From Thermoanaerobaculia bacterium (GTDB lineage Bacteria > Acidobacteriota > Thermoanaerobaculia > UBA5066): 64,000 nucleotides of DNA. Positions within the stretch are counted from its first letter, which is position 1, and each line of letters opens with the position of its first letter. The stretch covers positions 390,838 to 454,837 of the forward strand of contig JBGASW010000003.1 of NCBI GenBank assembly GCA_044229475.1, read 5' to 3'. Shown here piece by piece: positions 19,478 to 27,675 of the stretch. Below the pieces are notes generated by a model that ran no database searches, had not been told where the DNA came from, and was given only the letters and a program-made list of their open reading frames with translations. Made by a program: the position numbers and the translations under genes.

Positions 19478-20509
19478 ATGAAGCGATTGATAAAGGGACT
19501 CGTTCTCGTCCTGAGCGTCCTCGCCGTGATCGTGGGAGCCGGGATCGCGTATCTCGCCGCGAAAAAGCCCGCCCAGCGGCCCGCGTCCGCCGAGAAGATC
19601 GAGGCGACGCCCGCGCGCCTCGCGCGCGGCGAGTACCTCGCGATGCACGTCGTGGACTGCCTGCTGTGCCACTCCGACGCGAAGTTCGACCGGTTCGGGC
19701 TGCCGCGCATTCCCGGCACCGAGGGGAAGGGCGGATTCGCCTTCACGAAGGAGTTCGGGATCCCCGGCGTCCTCTACGCCCGCAACATCACGCCTGATCC
19801 GGAGACGGGGATCGGGAAGTGGACGGACGGCGAGATCCTGCGCGCGATTCGCGAAGGCGTCGACCGCGACGGCAACACGCTTTTCCCGATGATGCCGTAC
19901 GCCGCGTACCACGAGATGAGCGACGAGGACGCGCGCGCGATCGTCCTGTATCTCCGGACGCTGCGTCCGATCCGGAACGCGGTTCCGGCGAAGAAGATCG
20001 ACTTCCCGGTGAACCTTCTCGTCAAGAGCGCGCCCAAGCCGGTGGCCGGGCCGGTCGTCACGCCGGACCCGAAGACGGACCACATCGGATACGGGAAGTA
20101 CCTCACCGTGATCGGGGGTTGCCTGGGCTGTCACACGCCCGAGACGCGCCCCGGCGCGCCCATCCCCGGGCGTGAGTACACCGGGGGAAGGCTGTTCACG
20201 GGTCCGTGGGGCCGCAACGTGACGCCGAACCTGACGCCGCACAAGGACGCGTACGTCGGCCGCGCGACGAAGGAGGAGTTCATCGGACGCTTCCGCTCCT
20301 TCGCGGGGCTGACGGGCGACGCGGCCCCGGTCGCGTCGAAGGGCCGCAACACGGTCATGCCCTGGCTCGCCCTGTCCGGGGCGACGGACGAGGACCTCGG
20401 CGCGATCTACGACTTCCTGAAGACGCTGCCGCCGGTCGAGAACAAGGTCAACCCGTTCCCGGACGCGCCCGACGTGGCGCCGGAGGCGCCGAAGACCGCG
20501 GAAAGGTGA
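19478..20509 (+). CDS. Membrane-anchored diheme c-type cytochrome
   Basis: N-terminal TM anchor plus two CXXCH haem-binding motifs (CLLCH and CLGCH). Confidence 0.8.
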   Translation: MKRLIKGLVLVLSVLAVIVGAGIAYLAAKKPAQRPASAEKIEATPARLARGEYLAMHVVDCLLCHSDAKFDRFGLPRIPGTEGKGGFAFTKEFGIPGVLYARNITPDPETGIGKWTDGEILRAIREGVDRDGNTLFPMMPYAAYHEMSDEDARAIVLYLRTLRPIRNAVPAKKIDFPVNLLVKSAPKPVAGPVVTPDPKTDHIGYGKYLTVIGGCLGCHTPETRPGAPIPGREYTGGRLFTGPWGRNVTPNLTPHKDAYVGRATKEEFIGRFRSFAGLTGDAAPVASKGRNTVMPWLALSGATDEDLGAIYDFLKTLPPVENKVNPFPDAPDVAPEAPKTAER

Positions 20510-20527
20510 ACGACCGCTCCGCCGGGC

Positions 20528-21142
20528 TCAGCCGGATCCGGGCGCGTCGAACGCGCGGACGGAGGCGAGGATGCCTTCCATCTCGCGGCGCAGCCTCACG
20601 AAGGCGGACGTCTCCGCGGCGACGAGCACGCCATAGACGGTCGGGCCGTTCGGGTAGAGACCCCAGAGGAGCTCCACGTCCCGCCCCTCGAGAAGGGCCG
20701 TCGCGTGCAGGACGCGCGTCGCTCCACGCCCGGGCAGAGGCGCGACGCCGAGGAGCTTCCACTTTTCGAGGCGCCGCGCCGATCCCTCCGAGACGAGCGC
20801 GGCGGCGTTGTCGAGGTCGAGGCTGCCTCCGCCCAGGAGCGTCCACGAGATGACGGCGAGCTGGGCCGGCTCGCCCGCGCGCAGGAGCCGGTGCTCGAGC
20901 GCCGGGCGGTTGGGGTCCGCCGGGTCTCCGCCGTCGGTGAGCTCGAACCGCGGAACGCGCGCCTCGTACCAGCGGCCCGTCGGCAGCTCGAGCGTGAAGC
21001 CGCGGCCCGCGAGGAACGAGACCGGGGCCCCCTTGGCCCGGTCGCCGAGGGCGATCGTCCGCTTCACGGCGGGGGTGACGAGGACCGCGGCGGCGCCGGC
21101 CGCCGCGAGGGCCAGAACGGCTCCGACTCGACCGACGGCCAT
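20528..21142 (-). CDS. Hypothetical secreted protein (204 aa)
   Basis: ATG at 21142 gives MAVGRVGAVLALAAAGAAAVLV (signal-peptide-like), 3 bp downstream of the stop of the flavoprotein gene. The rest of the 526-aa six-frame ORF is Arg-rich and overlaps the neighbouring genes. Confidence 0.5.
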   Translation of the reverse strand: MAVGRVGAVLALAAAGAAAVLVTPAVKRTIALGDRAKGAPVSFLAGRGFTLELPTGRWYEARVPRFELTDGGDPADPNRPALEHRLLRAGEPAQLAVISWTLLGGGSLDLDNAAALVSEGSARRLEKWKLLGVAPLPGRGATRVLHATALLEGRDVELLWGLYPNGPTVYGVLVAAETSAFVRLRREMEGILASVRAFDAPGSG

Positions 21143-21144
21143 GG

Positions 21145-22173
21145 TCAGTCTCCGTCCTGGAAGCGGCGGATCCCCGGGACGACCGGCCTTCCCGTCGCGC
21201 CGCGCTGCGCGAGAACGTGACCGACGATCCACGCGGCGTGGGCGCGGCCGTTCTCGATGAAGAGCCGGCCGATGTGCCGTCCGGCCGCCACGACGCCCGC
21301 GACGTAGAGGCCCGGCACGCCCGTCTCCATCGTCCCGGCGTCGTGGACGACCTCGAGGTCCCCGGTGATGCCGACGCCGGCGGCGGTGAGGAACGAGAAG
21401 TCGGGGCGATAGCCGGTCAGCGCGTAGACGAAGTCGTTCGGGAGCTCCGTCGTGCCCCCACTGCCGAGGAGCGTGACCGATTCCTCGTCGATCCGCGCGA
21501 CCGTCGTCTCGAAGAACGCGCGGATCGAGCCCTCGCGGATGCGGTTCTCGACGTCCGGCTTGAGCCAGTACTTGACGCTCGCCCCGAGCGCCGGGCCCCG
21601 GACCGCCATCGTCACGCGGGCGCCGTGCCGGTGGAGGTCGAGCGCGGCCTCGACGGCCGAGTTCTTGCCGCCCACGACGAGGACGTCCGTCCGGGCGTGG
21701 GCGTAGGGCTCGCGGTAGTAGTGCGAGACCTTCGGGAGATCCTCGCCGGGGACGCCGAGGAGGTTCGGCGTGTCGAAGAACCCGGTCGCGACGACGGCCG
21801 CGCGGGCCGTGAACGTGCCCTTCGGCGTTGCGGCGGCGAAGATCCCGTCGGCCTTCGTCAGCGAGGTGACGGGCGCTCCGAGGCGCACGTCGAGCCGCTC
21901 GCGCTCGGCGACCTTGCGGTAGTAGTCGAGGCCTTCCCGCCGCGTGGGTTTCGGCCCGGCCGAGACGAACGGGTGGTCGCCGATCTCGAGGAGCTCGGGC
22001 GTCGAGAAGAAGACGACGTGGACCGGCCAGTTCACGAGCGTGTTGAGCAGCGCGCCCTTCTCGAGGACGACGTGCGTGAGGCCGGCGCGCGTCGCCTCGA
22101 GCGCACACGCGAGGCCGGCCGGGCCGGCGCCGACGACGAGGAGATCCGTCGGAGGGGGCACGGCGGCGTTCAC
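21145..22173 (-). CDS. FAD/NAD(P)-binding oxidoreductase (YpdA/thioredoxin-reductase-like)
   Basis: GTG start placed 9 codons before the Rossmann motif DLLVVGAGPAGLACA. A second dinucleotide-binding motif VLVVGGKNSAVEAA follows. The upstream 390 codons of the six-frame ORF are Arg-rich artefact. Confidence 0.7.
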   Translation of the reverse strand: MNAAVPPPTDLLVVGAGPAGLACALEATRAGLTHVVLEKGALLNTLVNWPVHVVFFSTPELLEIGDHPFVSAGPKPTRREGLDYYRKVAERERLDVRLGAPVTSLTKADGIFAAATPKGTFTARAAVVATGFFDTPNLLGVPGEDLPKVSHYYREPYAHARTDVLVVGGKNSAVEAALDLHRHGARVTMAVRGPALGASVKYWLKPDVENRIREGSIRAFFETTVARIDEESVTLLGSGGTTELPNDFVYALTGYRPDFSFLTAAGVGITGDLEVVHDAGTMETGVPGLYVAGVVAAGRHIGRLFIENGRAHAAWIVGHVLAQRGATGRPVVPGIRRFQDGD

Positions 22174-22203
22174 GGGCGGAGCATACGGGAGGAGAATCCT
22201 TCC

Positions 22204-23238
22204 GTGCGCCGGGCCGCCCTCCTCGGGCTTTTCGCGCTCGCAGCCTCCGCGTCCGCCGCGGACGAGGAGAAGCCCGCGGCGCGCATCGTGAGGACCGAGC
22301 AGGTCGTGAGGCTCGTCGTCGACGCGTACGTGACGGACAAGCGGGGCGACCCGATCACGGATCTCGTGGCGTCGGACTTCCGCGTCACGGCGGACGGCAG
22401 GCCGCTCGAGGTCGAGTCCGTCGAGTTCGTGGCGGCGGGCACGCCGGAGGGCCCGGTCGCCATGCCCCCGCCGGGGGACGGCGCGTCGGCGTCCGCGCCG
22501 GCACCCGCTCCCTATCCGCCGGGACGGCTCATCGTCCTCTTCGTGGAGGGCGACCTCGGCCGGCAGCGCACGAAGGGCCTCATGCGCGTGAAGCAGGAGC
22601 TCCACCGCCTCCTCGACCGCCTGAAGCCGGCGGACCGTGTCGCAGTGGTGGGCTTCTTTTCCCACCTGACGGTCCTCACGGACTTCACAAACGACCGGGC
22701 CACCCTCGACGAAGCGTTCCGGCTCGGCCTCGGCTCGAGCCGCGACCGCGACGTCAGGATCTCTCCGTATCCGTCTCTGGCGGCGAATCTCGACTTCGCC
22801 GAGGCGCGGAAAGCCGCGCACGTCGAGCGCGCGCTGGAGCTCGTCGCCATGGCGCTCGCCCCGATTCCGGGCGCCAAGGCCGTCGTCTTCGCGGGCTGGG
22901 GCTTCTTCGCGAACCGCGCTCCGATCGAGGGCGTCCTCTACGACCGCGCGCTCGGCGCGCTCATGCGCGCGCGGGCGAACGTGTTCATGCTCGACACGTC
23001 GGACTCGGACTGGCACACGCTCGAGACGGCTCTCCAGGTCGCCTCGCAGGCGACGGGCGGGACGTACGCGAAGACGAACCTGTTCGCGGGCCAGGCCGTG
23101 GAGCGCGTCGCGCGCGCTCTCGCGGGGCGATGGGTCCTCGTATGCGTCGCGCCCGACGCCGCGCCGCGCACGCTCGACGTGTCCCTCGTGCAGCGCCGCG
23201 GAGACGTCGTCGCGCGGGCGTACACTGCGCTGCCATGA
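22204..23238 (+). CDS. VWA domain protein (VWFA-related Acidobacterial domain family-like), secreted
   Basis: GTG start gives the signal peptide VRRAALLGLFALAASASA. The VWA/MIDAS-like core is LIVLFVEGDLGRQ...TDFTNDRATLDEAF. Transcribed divergently from the flavoprotein gene. Confidence 0.7.
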   Translation: MRRAALLGLFALAASASAADEEKPAARIVRTEQVVRLVVDAYVTDKRGDPITDLVASDFRVTADGRPLEVESVEFVAAGTPEGPVAMPPPGDGASASAPAPAPYPPGRLIVLFVEGDLGRQRTKGLMRVKQELHRLLDRLKPADRVAVVGFFSHLTVLTDFTNDRATLDEAFRLGLGSSRDRDVRISPYPSLAANLDFAEARKAAHVERALELVAMALAPIPGAKAVVFAGWGFFANRAPIEGVLYDRALGALMRARANVFMLDTSDSDWHTLETALQVASQATGGTYAKTNLFAGQAVERVARALAGRWVLVCVAPDAAPRTLDVSLVQRRGDVVARAYTALP

Positions 23239-23852
23239 AACGCCCGAGCGCCGCGCCCCGAGCCGCACGTGTCGTCCTGGCCCTTTCCGCCGCTTCGGTC
23301 CTCTACGGCTGCGCCTCCGGCTCGTCCGCGCCGCCGCCATCCGCCGGCGGCGCGAAGAAGCGCCTCGTCCTCGTGGAAGCCAGGGGCCCGGGACCCGAGA
23401 TCGAGCGCTTCGTCCCGCGGCTGCTCTCGGCCGCGAGCGACCGCGGGCTCGGCGCCATCGTGGACGCGCGGCTCTCCGGCGCGCACCTCGCGGACGTCGC
23501 CGCCGCCGGCGAGATCTCGGCCGCGTTCCGCAGGGAATACCCGGGCGACGTCTACATCGGCGCCCTGATGTCGCCGTGCACCATCCAGCGGCACGAGGGC
23601 CGCGTGTACGACCGGCAGCAGACCCCCGGCGGCGTGCCCGTGCGGACGGAGACCGTCGTCGTCACGTACGACGCGGAATGCTCGGTCGTCCTCACGCTCG
23701 TCGGCGAGGCCGGGGCCGCCGTGAAGACGATCGACGTCACCGGGCGCAACGGGAGCGCCGAGGTCAGCGCCTCGAACACCGAGGCCGAGGGGCAGGCCGC
23801 TGCAGACGCGGCCGATCGGGCCGCCAAGAAGCTCGCCTCGTTCGTGCGCTGA
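23235..23852 (+). CDS. Hypothetical lipoprotein
   Basis: ATG overlaps the VWA stop (ATGA). Lipobox SVLYGC after MKRPSAAPRAARVVLALSAA. Confidence 0.6.
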   Translation: MKRPSAAPRAARVVLALSAASVLYGCASGSSAPPPSAGGAKKRLVLVEARGPGPEIERFVPRLLSAASDRGLGAIVDARLSGAHLADVAAAGEISAAFRREYPGDVYIGALMSPCTIQRHEGRVYDRQQTPGGVPVRTETVVVTYDAECSVVLTLVGEAGAAVKTIDVTGRNGSAEVSASNTEAEGQAAADAADRAAKKLASFVR

Positions 23853-23860
23853 GGTCGGCC

Positions 23861-24259
23861 GTGGCGGCGCCGCGCTCCCGCGGTGTGTTTCTCCTCGAGG
23901 CGCTCGTGTCGCTCGCGATCCTCGGAATCGTCCTGACGCTCGGCGCGAGCTTCCTCGCGCGGCGGCGCGCGCTGGAGGCGGACCGGCGCGACCACGACCG
24001 CGCGGCCCGCGCGCTCGCGAGCGAGTGGGTCTACCTCCGCACGGCGTTCCGGCACGACCTCTTTCCGAAGGACAGGCGCACGTTCGTCGGGCCGGGCGCC
24101 TTCGTGGACGCGCTGGACGCGCGCGCGCCCGTCCTCGCCGTCCGGCAGACGGACGTGGACGGCCTGTACCGCGTGACGCTCGACATCGGGTGGGGCGTCG
24201 GCGGGAAGAAGCGCCTCGTCGAGGAAGGCTTCGTCTTCCGCGGGGTCTCGCCGCCGTGA
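23861..24259 (+). CDS. Minor pseudopilin (GspI-like) with a prepilin-type N-terminal cleavage/methylation domain
   Basis: GTG start. Class-III signal: RSRG|VFLLEALVSLAILGIVLTLGASFL (Gly-1, Glu+5, hydrophobic helix). Size 132 aa. Confidence 0.7.
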   Translation: MAAPRSRGVFLLEALVSLAILGIVLTLGASFLARRRALEADRRDHDRAARALASEWVYLRTAFRHDLFPKDRRTFVGPGAFVDALDARAPVLAVRQTDVDGLYRVTLDIGWGVGGKKRLVEEGFVFRGVSPP

Positions 24260-24747
24260 CCCGCCGCGGCTTCTCCCTCGTCGAGATGTGCGTCGTCGTC
24301 ATGATCGGCCTCGTTCTGCTCTTTGCGCTCCTGCCGGTCGCCCTCGGCCTGCTCCGGCAGCAGGCGGGCCTCAACGCGCGCAGCCTCGGCATCGACACGT
24401 GGCCGCTCCTCGTCGAACGGCTCGGCGGCGACGCGGGCCGCTCTTCGGGCGCCCTCGTCTCGCCGCCGTTCCCGGCCGCGGCGTTCCGCCTGCGCTTCCC
24501 GCCGGCGCGCGACGAGGACCCGGACGTGACATGGACGTTCGGGGACGGGCGGGCCGAGCGCGCGACCGAGCGCCGGAAGCCCGACGGCGAGGTCGTCCGG
24601 GCCACGACGACGTGGGACCTGCCGGGGACGCTCGCGCTCGAGCCGGACGAGCTCGAGAACGGCCGGCTGCTCTTCGCGTGGAACGACGGCTCCGGCCCGG
24701 AGCTCGTCGCGATCGCCTGCGGGCGCCCGACGGAGCCCGCGCGGTGA
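24256..24747 (+). CDS. Minor pseudopilin (GspJ-like) with a prepilin-type N-terminal domain
   Basis: GTG start overlapping the upstream stop (GTGA). Prepilin motif TRRG|FSLVEMCVVVMIGLVLLFALL. Size 163 aa. Confidence 0.7.
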   Translation: MTRRGFSLVEMCVVVMIGLVLLFALLPVALGLLRQQAGLNARSLGIDTWPLLVERLGGDAGRSSGALVSPPFPAAAFRLRFPPARDEDPDVTWTFGDGRAERATERRKPDGEVVRATTTWDLPGTLALEPDELENGRLLFAWNDGSGPELVAIACGRPTEPAR

Positions 24748-25115
24748 GGCGGCGCGCGCGGGGAAGCTCCCTCCTCCTCGTCCTCGGGATCCTGACGGTC
24801 TTCGGGCTCGTCCTCGGCGTCCTCGCGACCGTCCTCGTCACGGACCTCTCCTCGTCGAGGCGCCGCGCGAACGCCGCCTACGCCGCGGAGCTCGCGCGCT
24901 CGGGCACGGACTGGGCGCGCGGGGCGCTCCTCGCGCGCGGCGGCCTGCCGTCCGCGACGCTCCGCGTCGAGCGCGGGGAGATCGCCGTCGCGACGGAAGA
25001 GCTGCCGGACGGCCGCCTGCGCGTCGTCTCGACGGGCCGCGTGCGAGGCGGAGACGCGACGCTCGCCGCGCGGCGCGAGGTGACCGTGCTCTCGGCCTCC
25101 GCGAGGGCCCGTTGA
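24744..25115 (+). CDS. Small pilin-like protein with a GspK-like N-terminal segment (123 aa)
   Basis: GTG start overlapping the upstream stop (GTGA). N-terminus RRRARGSSLLLVLGILTVFGLVLGVLATVLV resembles the GspK/minor pseudopilin leader. The protein is much shorter than canonical GspK. Confidence 0.45.
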   Translation: MRRRARGSSLLLVLGILTVFGLVLGVLATVLVTDLSSSRRRANAAYAAELARSGTDWARGALLARGGLPSATLRVERGEIAVATEELPDGRLRVVSTGRVRGGDATLAARREVTVLSASARAR

Positions 25116-25125
25116 GAATGCGCCG

Positions 25126-25920
25126 ATGTGCCTGATCGTCCTGGCGTGGAAGGCCTCGCCCTCCGTACGCCTTGCCGTCGCCGCGAACCGCGACGAGTTC
25201 TTCGCGCGTCCCGCCGCCGCCGCGGCCTGGTGGAGGGATGCGCCGGACGTCCTCGCGGGCCGCGATCTTCGAGGCGGCGGCACGTGGATGGGCGTGACGC
25301 GCTCGGGGCGCTTCGCGGCGCTCACGAACTTCCGCGACGCGACGGCGCCGCGGAAGGGTGACGCTCCGTCGCGGGGAAACCTCGTCGGAGATTTTCTTAG
25401 AAAGGAAGAAGGGCCGGCGGCTTTTCTTTCACGCCTCGCCTGGAATGCAGACACCTTCGAAGGATTCAATCTCCTCGTCTCGGACGGCGGGGAGCTCTGG
25501 TCCTTCTCGAATGCCGAGGAAAGAGGCCCGGTCGCTCTCTCTCCGGGCGTCTACGGCCTCTCGAACCACCTCCTCGAGACGCCTTGGCCGAAGGTCGCCG
25601 CGGCGCGGGAGCGGCTCGCGGCGGCCGTCGCGACCGAGGCGGCGCCGCCCGAGCTCGAAGCGAGCCTTCTCGCCCTTCTAAGGAATCGCGCCCTGGCACC
25701 GGACGGCGCGCTGCCGGAAACGGGACTCCCGCTCGCCTGGGAGCGCGCTCTCTCGGCCGCTTTCGTCGTCCTTCCGGACTACGGGACGCGCGCCTCGACC
25801 GTCCTCGTCGTGGGCGCAGACGGAGAGGCGCGGTTCACGGAGCGAACCTTCGGTCCGGGCGGCGCTCCGCTCGGCGAGGTGCGGGAGACGTTTCGGCTCA
25901 GCGCGACGCCGAGAGCGTGA
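25126..25920 (+). CDS. NRDE-family protein (TANGO2/DUF833-like)
   Basis: N-terminus MCLIVLAW followed by the NRDE motif (AANRDEF). Confidence 0.8.
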   Translation: MCLIVLAWKASPSVRLAVAANRDEFFARPAAAAAWWRDAPDVLAGRDLRGGGTWMGVTRSGRFAALTNFRDATAPRKGDAPSRGNLVGDFLRKEEGPAAFLSRLAWNADTFEGFNLLVSDGGELWSFSNAEERGPVALSPGVYGLSNHLLETPWPKVAAARERLAAAVATEAAPPELEASLLALLRNRALAPDGALPETGLPLAWERALSAAFVVLPDYGTRASTVLVVGADGEARFTERTFGPGGAPLGEVRETFRLSATPRA

Positions 25921-27067
25921 CGTCGACCGTGATCTCGCGGCCGTCCCGGAGGACGCGCACGGGCACGGTGTCGCCGATCTTCTGCTTCTCGAGCGCGGAG
26001 ACGAGGTCGTCGTAGCTCGCGACCCGCTTCCCCGCGACGCCGACGACGACGTCGCCGAGGGCGATCGATCCGTCCCGTTCCCGCCGCGTGCCGCGGAGGC
26101 CTGCTTTCGCGGCGCCGGTGCCTTCCTGCACCTCGAGGACGAGCACCCCCGTGAGGCCGAGCCGCCGGACGACGCCTTCCTGCGCGGGCGTGATGCCGAG
26201 GCGCGGCCGGATGACGCGCCCGTGCGCGATGAGCTGCGGGACGACTTCGTTCACGGTGTCGGCCGGGACCGCGAAGCCGATGCCGGCGCTCGCACCCGAG
26301 GGGCTCGCGATCTGGGTGTTGACGCCGATGAGGCGGCCCGCGCTGTCGAGGAGCGGCCCGCCCGAGTTCCCGGGGTTGATCGCCGCGTCCGTCTGGACGA
26401 CGCCCTGGATTTTCCGGCCCGTGACGGACTCGATCGTCCGCCCGAGCGCGCTCACGATGCCCGTCGTGAGCGTCTCGTCGAGGCCGAACGGGTTTCCGAT
26501 CGCGAAGACCTTCTGCCCGACCTTCAGGTCGCGGCTCGTCCCGACGAGGATCGGCGGGAGCTTCGCCTCGGGCGCGCCGATGCGCAGGACCGCGAGGTCC
26601 TTGTCGGGCTCGACACCGACGACCGTCGCCTTCCAGTCGGACTGGTCCGCGAGCGTCACGACGAGGGACGAGGCGTCCTGGATCACGTGGAAATTCGTGA
26701 CGATGTGGCCCTGCCGGTCCCACACGAAGCCGGAACCGGAGCCCTGCGGGACCTCCGTCATCTCGAAGAAGCTGACCGGACGGCGGGCGAGGCTCGTGAT
26801 GTAGACGACGGACGGGCTGCAGCGCTCGAAGAGCTCGATCGTGGCCTTTTCGTCGGAGGCGAGGTCGCCGCGCGCGGTCACGGGCCGCGCCTCGGCGGGA
26901 GCCCCCTTTAGCCGCGGCGGGGCGGCGCCGCCGCCGGGCGTCCGCTGCATGAGCGTGAAGACGAGCCATCCCGCCAGCAGCCCGAGGAGGACGGGCAAGA
27001 CGATGGGGCCGCCCCGCCGCCGTGGAGGCGGCGGGACGTAGCCGTAGGGAGGCGGGAGGGTCGACAC
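25898..27067 (-). CDS. htrA: HtrA/DegP-family periplasmic serine protease with a PDZ domain
   Basis: Catalytic-triad contexts TNFHV (His), DLAVLRI (Asp) and GNSGGPL (Ser). C-terminal PDZ-like segment. N-terminal TM anchor. Confidence 0.9.
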   Translation of the reverse strand: MSTLPPPYGYVPPPPRRRGGPIVLPVLLGLLAGWLVFTLMQRTPGGGAAPPRLKGAPAEARPVTARGDLASDEKATIELFERCSPSVVYITSLARRPVSFFEMTEVPQGSGSGFVWDRQGHIVTNFHVIQDASSLVVTLADQSDWKATVVGVEPDKDLAVLRIGAPEAKLPPILVGTSRDLKVGQKVFAIGNPFGLDETLTTGIVSALGRTIESVTGRKIQGVVQTDAAINPGNSGGPLLDSAGRLIGVNTQIASPSGASAGIGFAVPADTVNEVVPQLIAHGRVIRPRLGITPAQEGVVRRLGLTGVLVLEVQEGTGAAKAGLRGTRRERDGSIALGDVVVGVAGKRVASYDDLVSALEKQKIGDTVPVRVLRDGREITVDVTLSASR

Positions 27068-27085
27068 GCGGACGCGCCCGGCGCG

Positions 27086-27664
27086 TCAGGGCTGGACGCG
27101 GACCGATTCGATGACGACCGGGGTGACGGGGGCGTTGACGAACGCGCCGCCCTGGTTCGAGGTTGGCGTCGCCTTGATCTTGTTCACGACGTCCATGCCG
27201 TCCGTGACCTTGCCGAAGACGCAGTAGCCGTAGCCGTCCTGCGACTGGGCCTTGTCGAGGAACCCGTTGTCCTTCACGTTGATGAAGAACTGCGCCGTCG
27301 CGCTGTTCGGGTCGCCCGTGCGCGCCATCGCGAGCGTCCCGACCTTGTTCTGGAGGCCGTTCGACGACTCGTTCTTGATGGGGGCGTTCGTCTTCTTCTG
27401 CGTCTTGTCGACCGCGAAGCCGCCGCCCTGGATCATGAAGCCGTCGATGACGCGGTGGAACACCGTGCCGTCGTAGTGCTTCGCGTTCACGTAGGCGAGG
27501 AAGTTCTTCACGGTCTCGGGCGCCTTGGCGGCGTCGAGCTCGATCGTGATCGAGCCCATCGAGGTCTTCATCACGACCGTCGGATTCTTCACGGGGGTTT
27601 CTCCCTTCACGGCAGAGGTGGCGAACACAAGGGCGAGGGCCAGGGCGGGTGCGAGTCTTTTCAT
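27086..27664 (-). CDS. ppiA: Cyclophilin-type peptidyl-prolyl cis-trans isomerase, secreted
   Basis: ATG at 27664 gives the signal peptide MKRLAPALALALVFATSAV. Cyclophilin motifs FHRVIDGFMIQGGGF and GTLAMARTGDPNSATAQFFIN. The upstream part of the 615-aa six-frame ORF is Arg/Pro-rich and rejected. Confidence 0.9.
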   Translation of the reverse strand: MKRLAPALALALVFATSAVKGETPVKNPTVVMKTSMGSITIELDAAKAPETVKNFLAYVNAKHYDGTVFHRVIDGFMIQGGGFAVDKTQKKTNAPIKNESSNGLQNKVGTLAMARTGDPNSATAQFFINVKDNGFLDKAQSQDGYGYCVFGKVTDGMDVVNKIKATPTSNQGGAFVNAPVTPVVIESVRVQP

Positions 27665-27675
27665 GGGGCGGGATC

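Noticed and set aside
20528-23340. 526-aa and 731-aa minus-strand ORFs taken at face value
   Set aside because: Only their 3' portions (204 aa and 343 aa) look like real proteins (signal peptide; Rossmann fold). The 5' extensions are Arg-rich and overlap plus-strand genes. They were re-called as 20528-21142 and 21145-22173.
23861-25115. Interpreting the three pilin-like genes as part of a complete type II secretion system
   Set aside because: No GspD/E/F/G/L/M-like genes are present anywhere in the 64-kb window. They are called only as an orphan minor-pseudopilin module.
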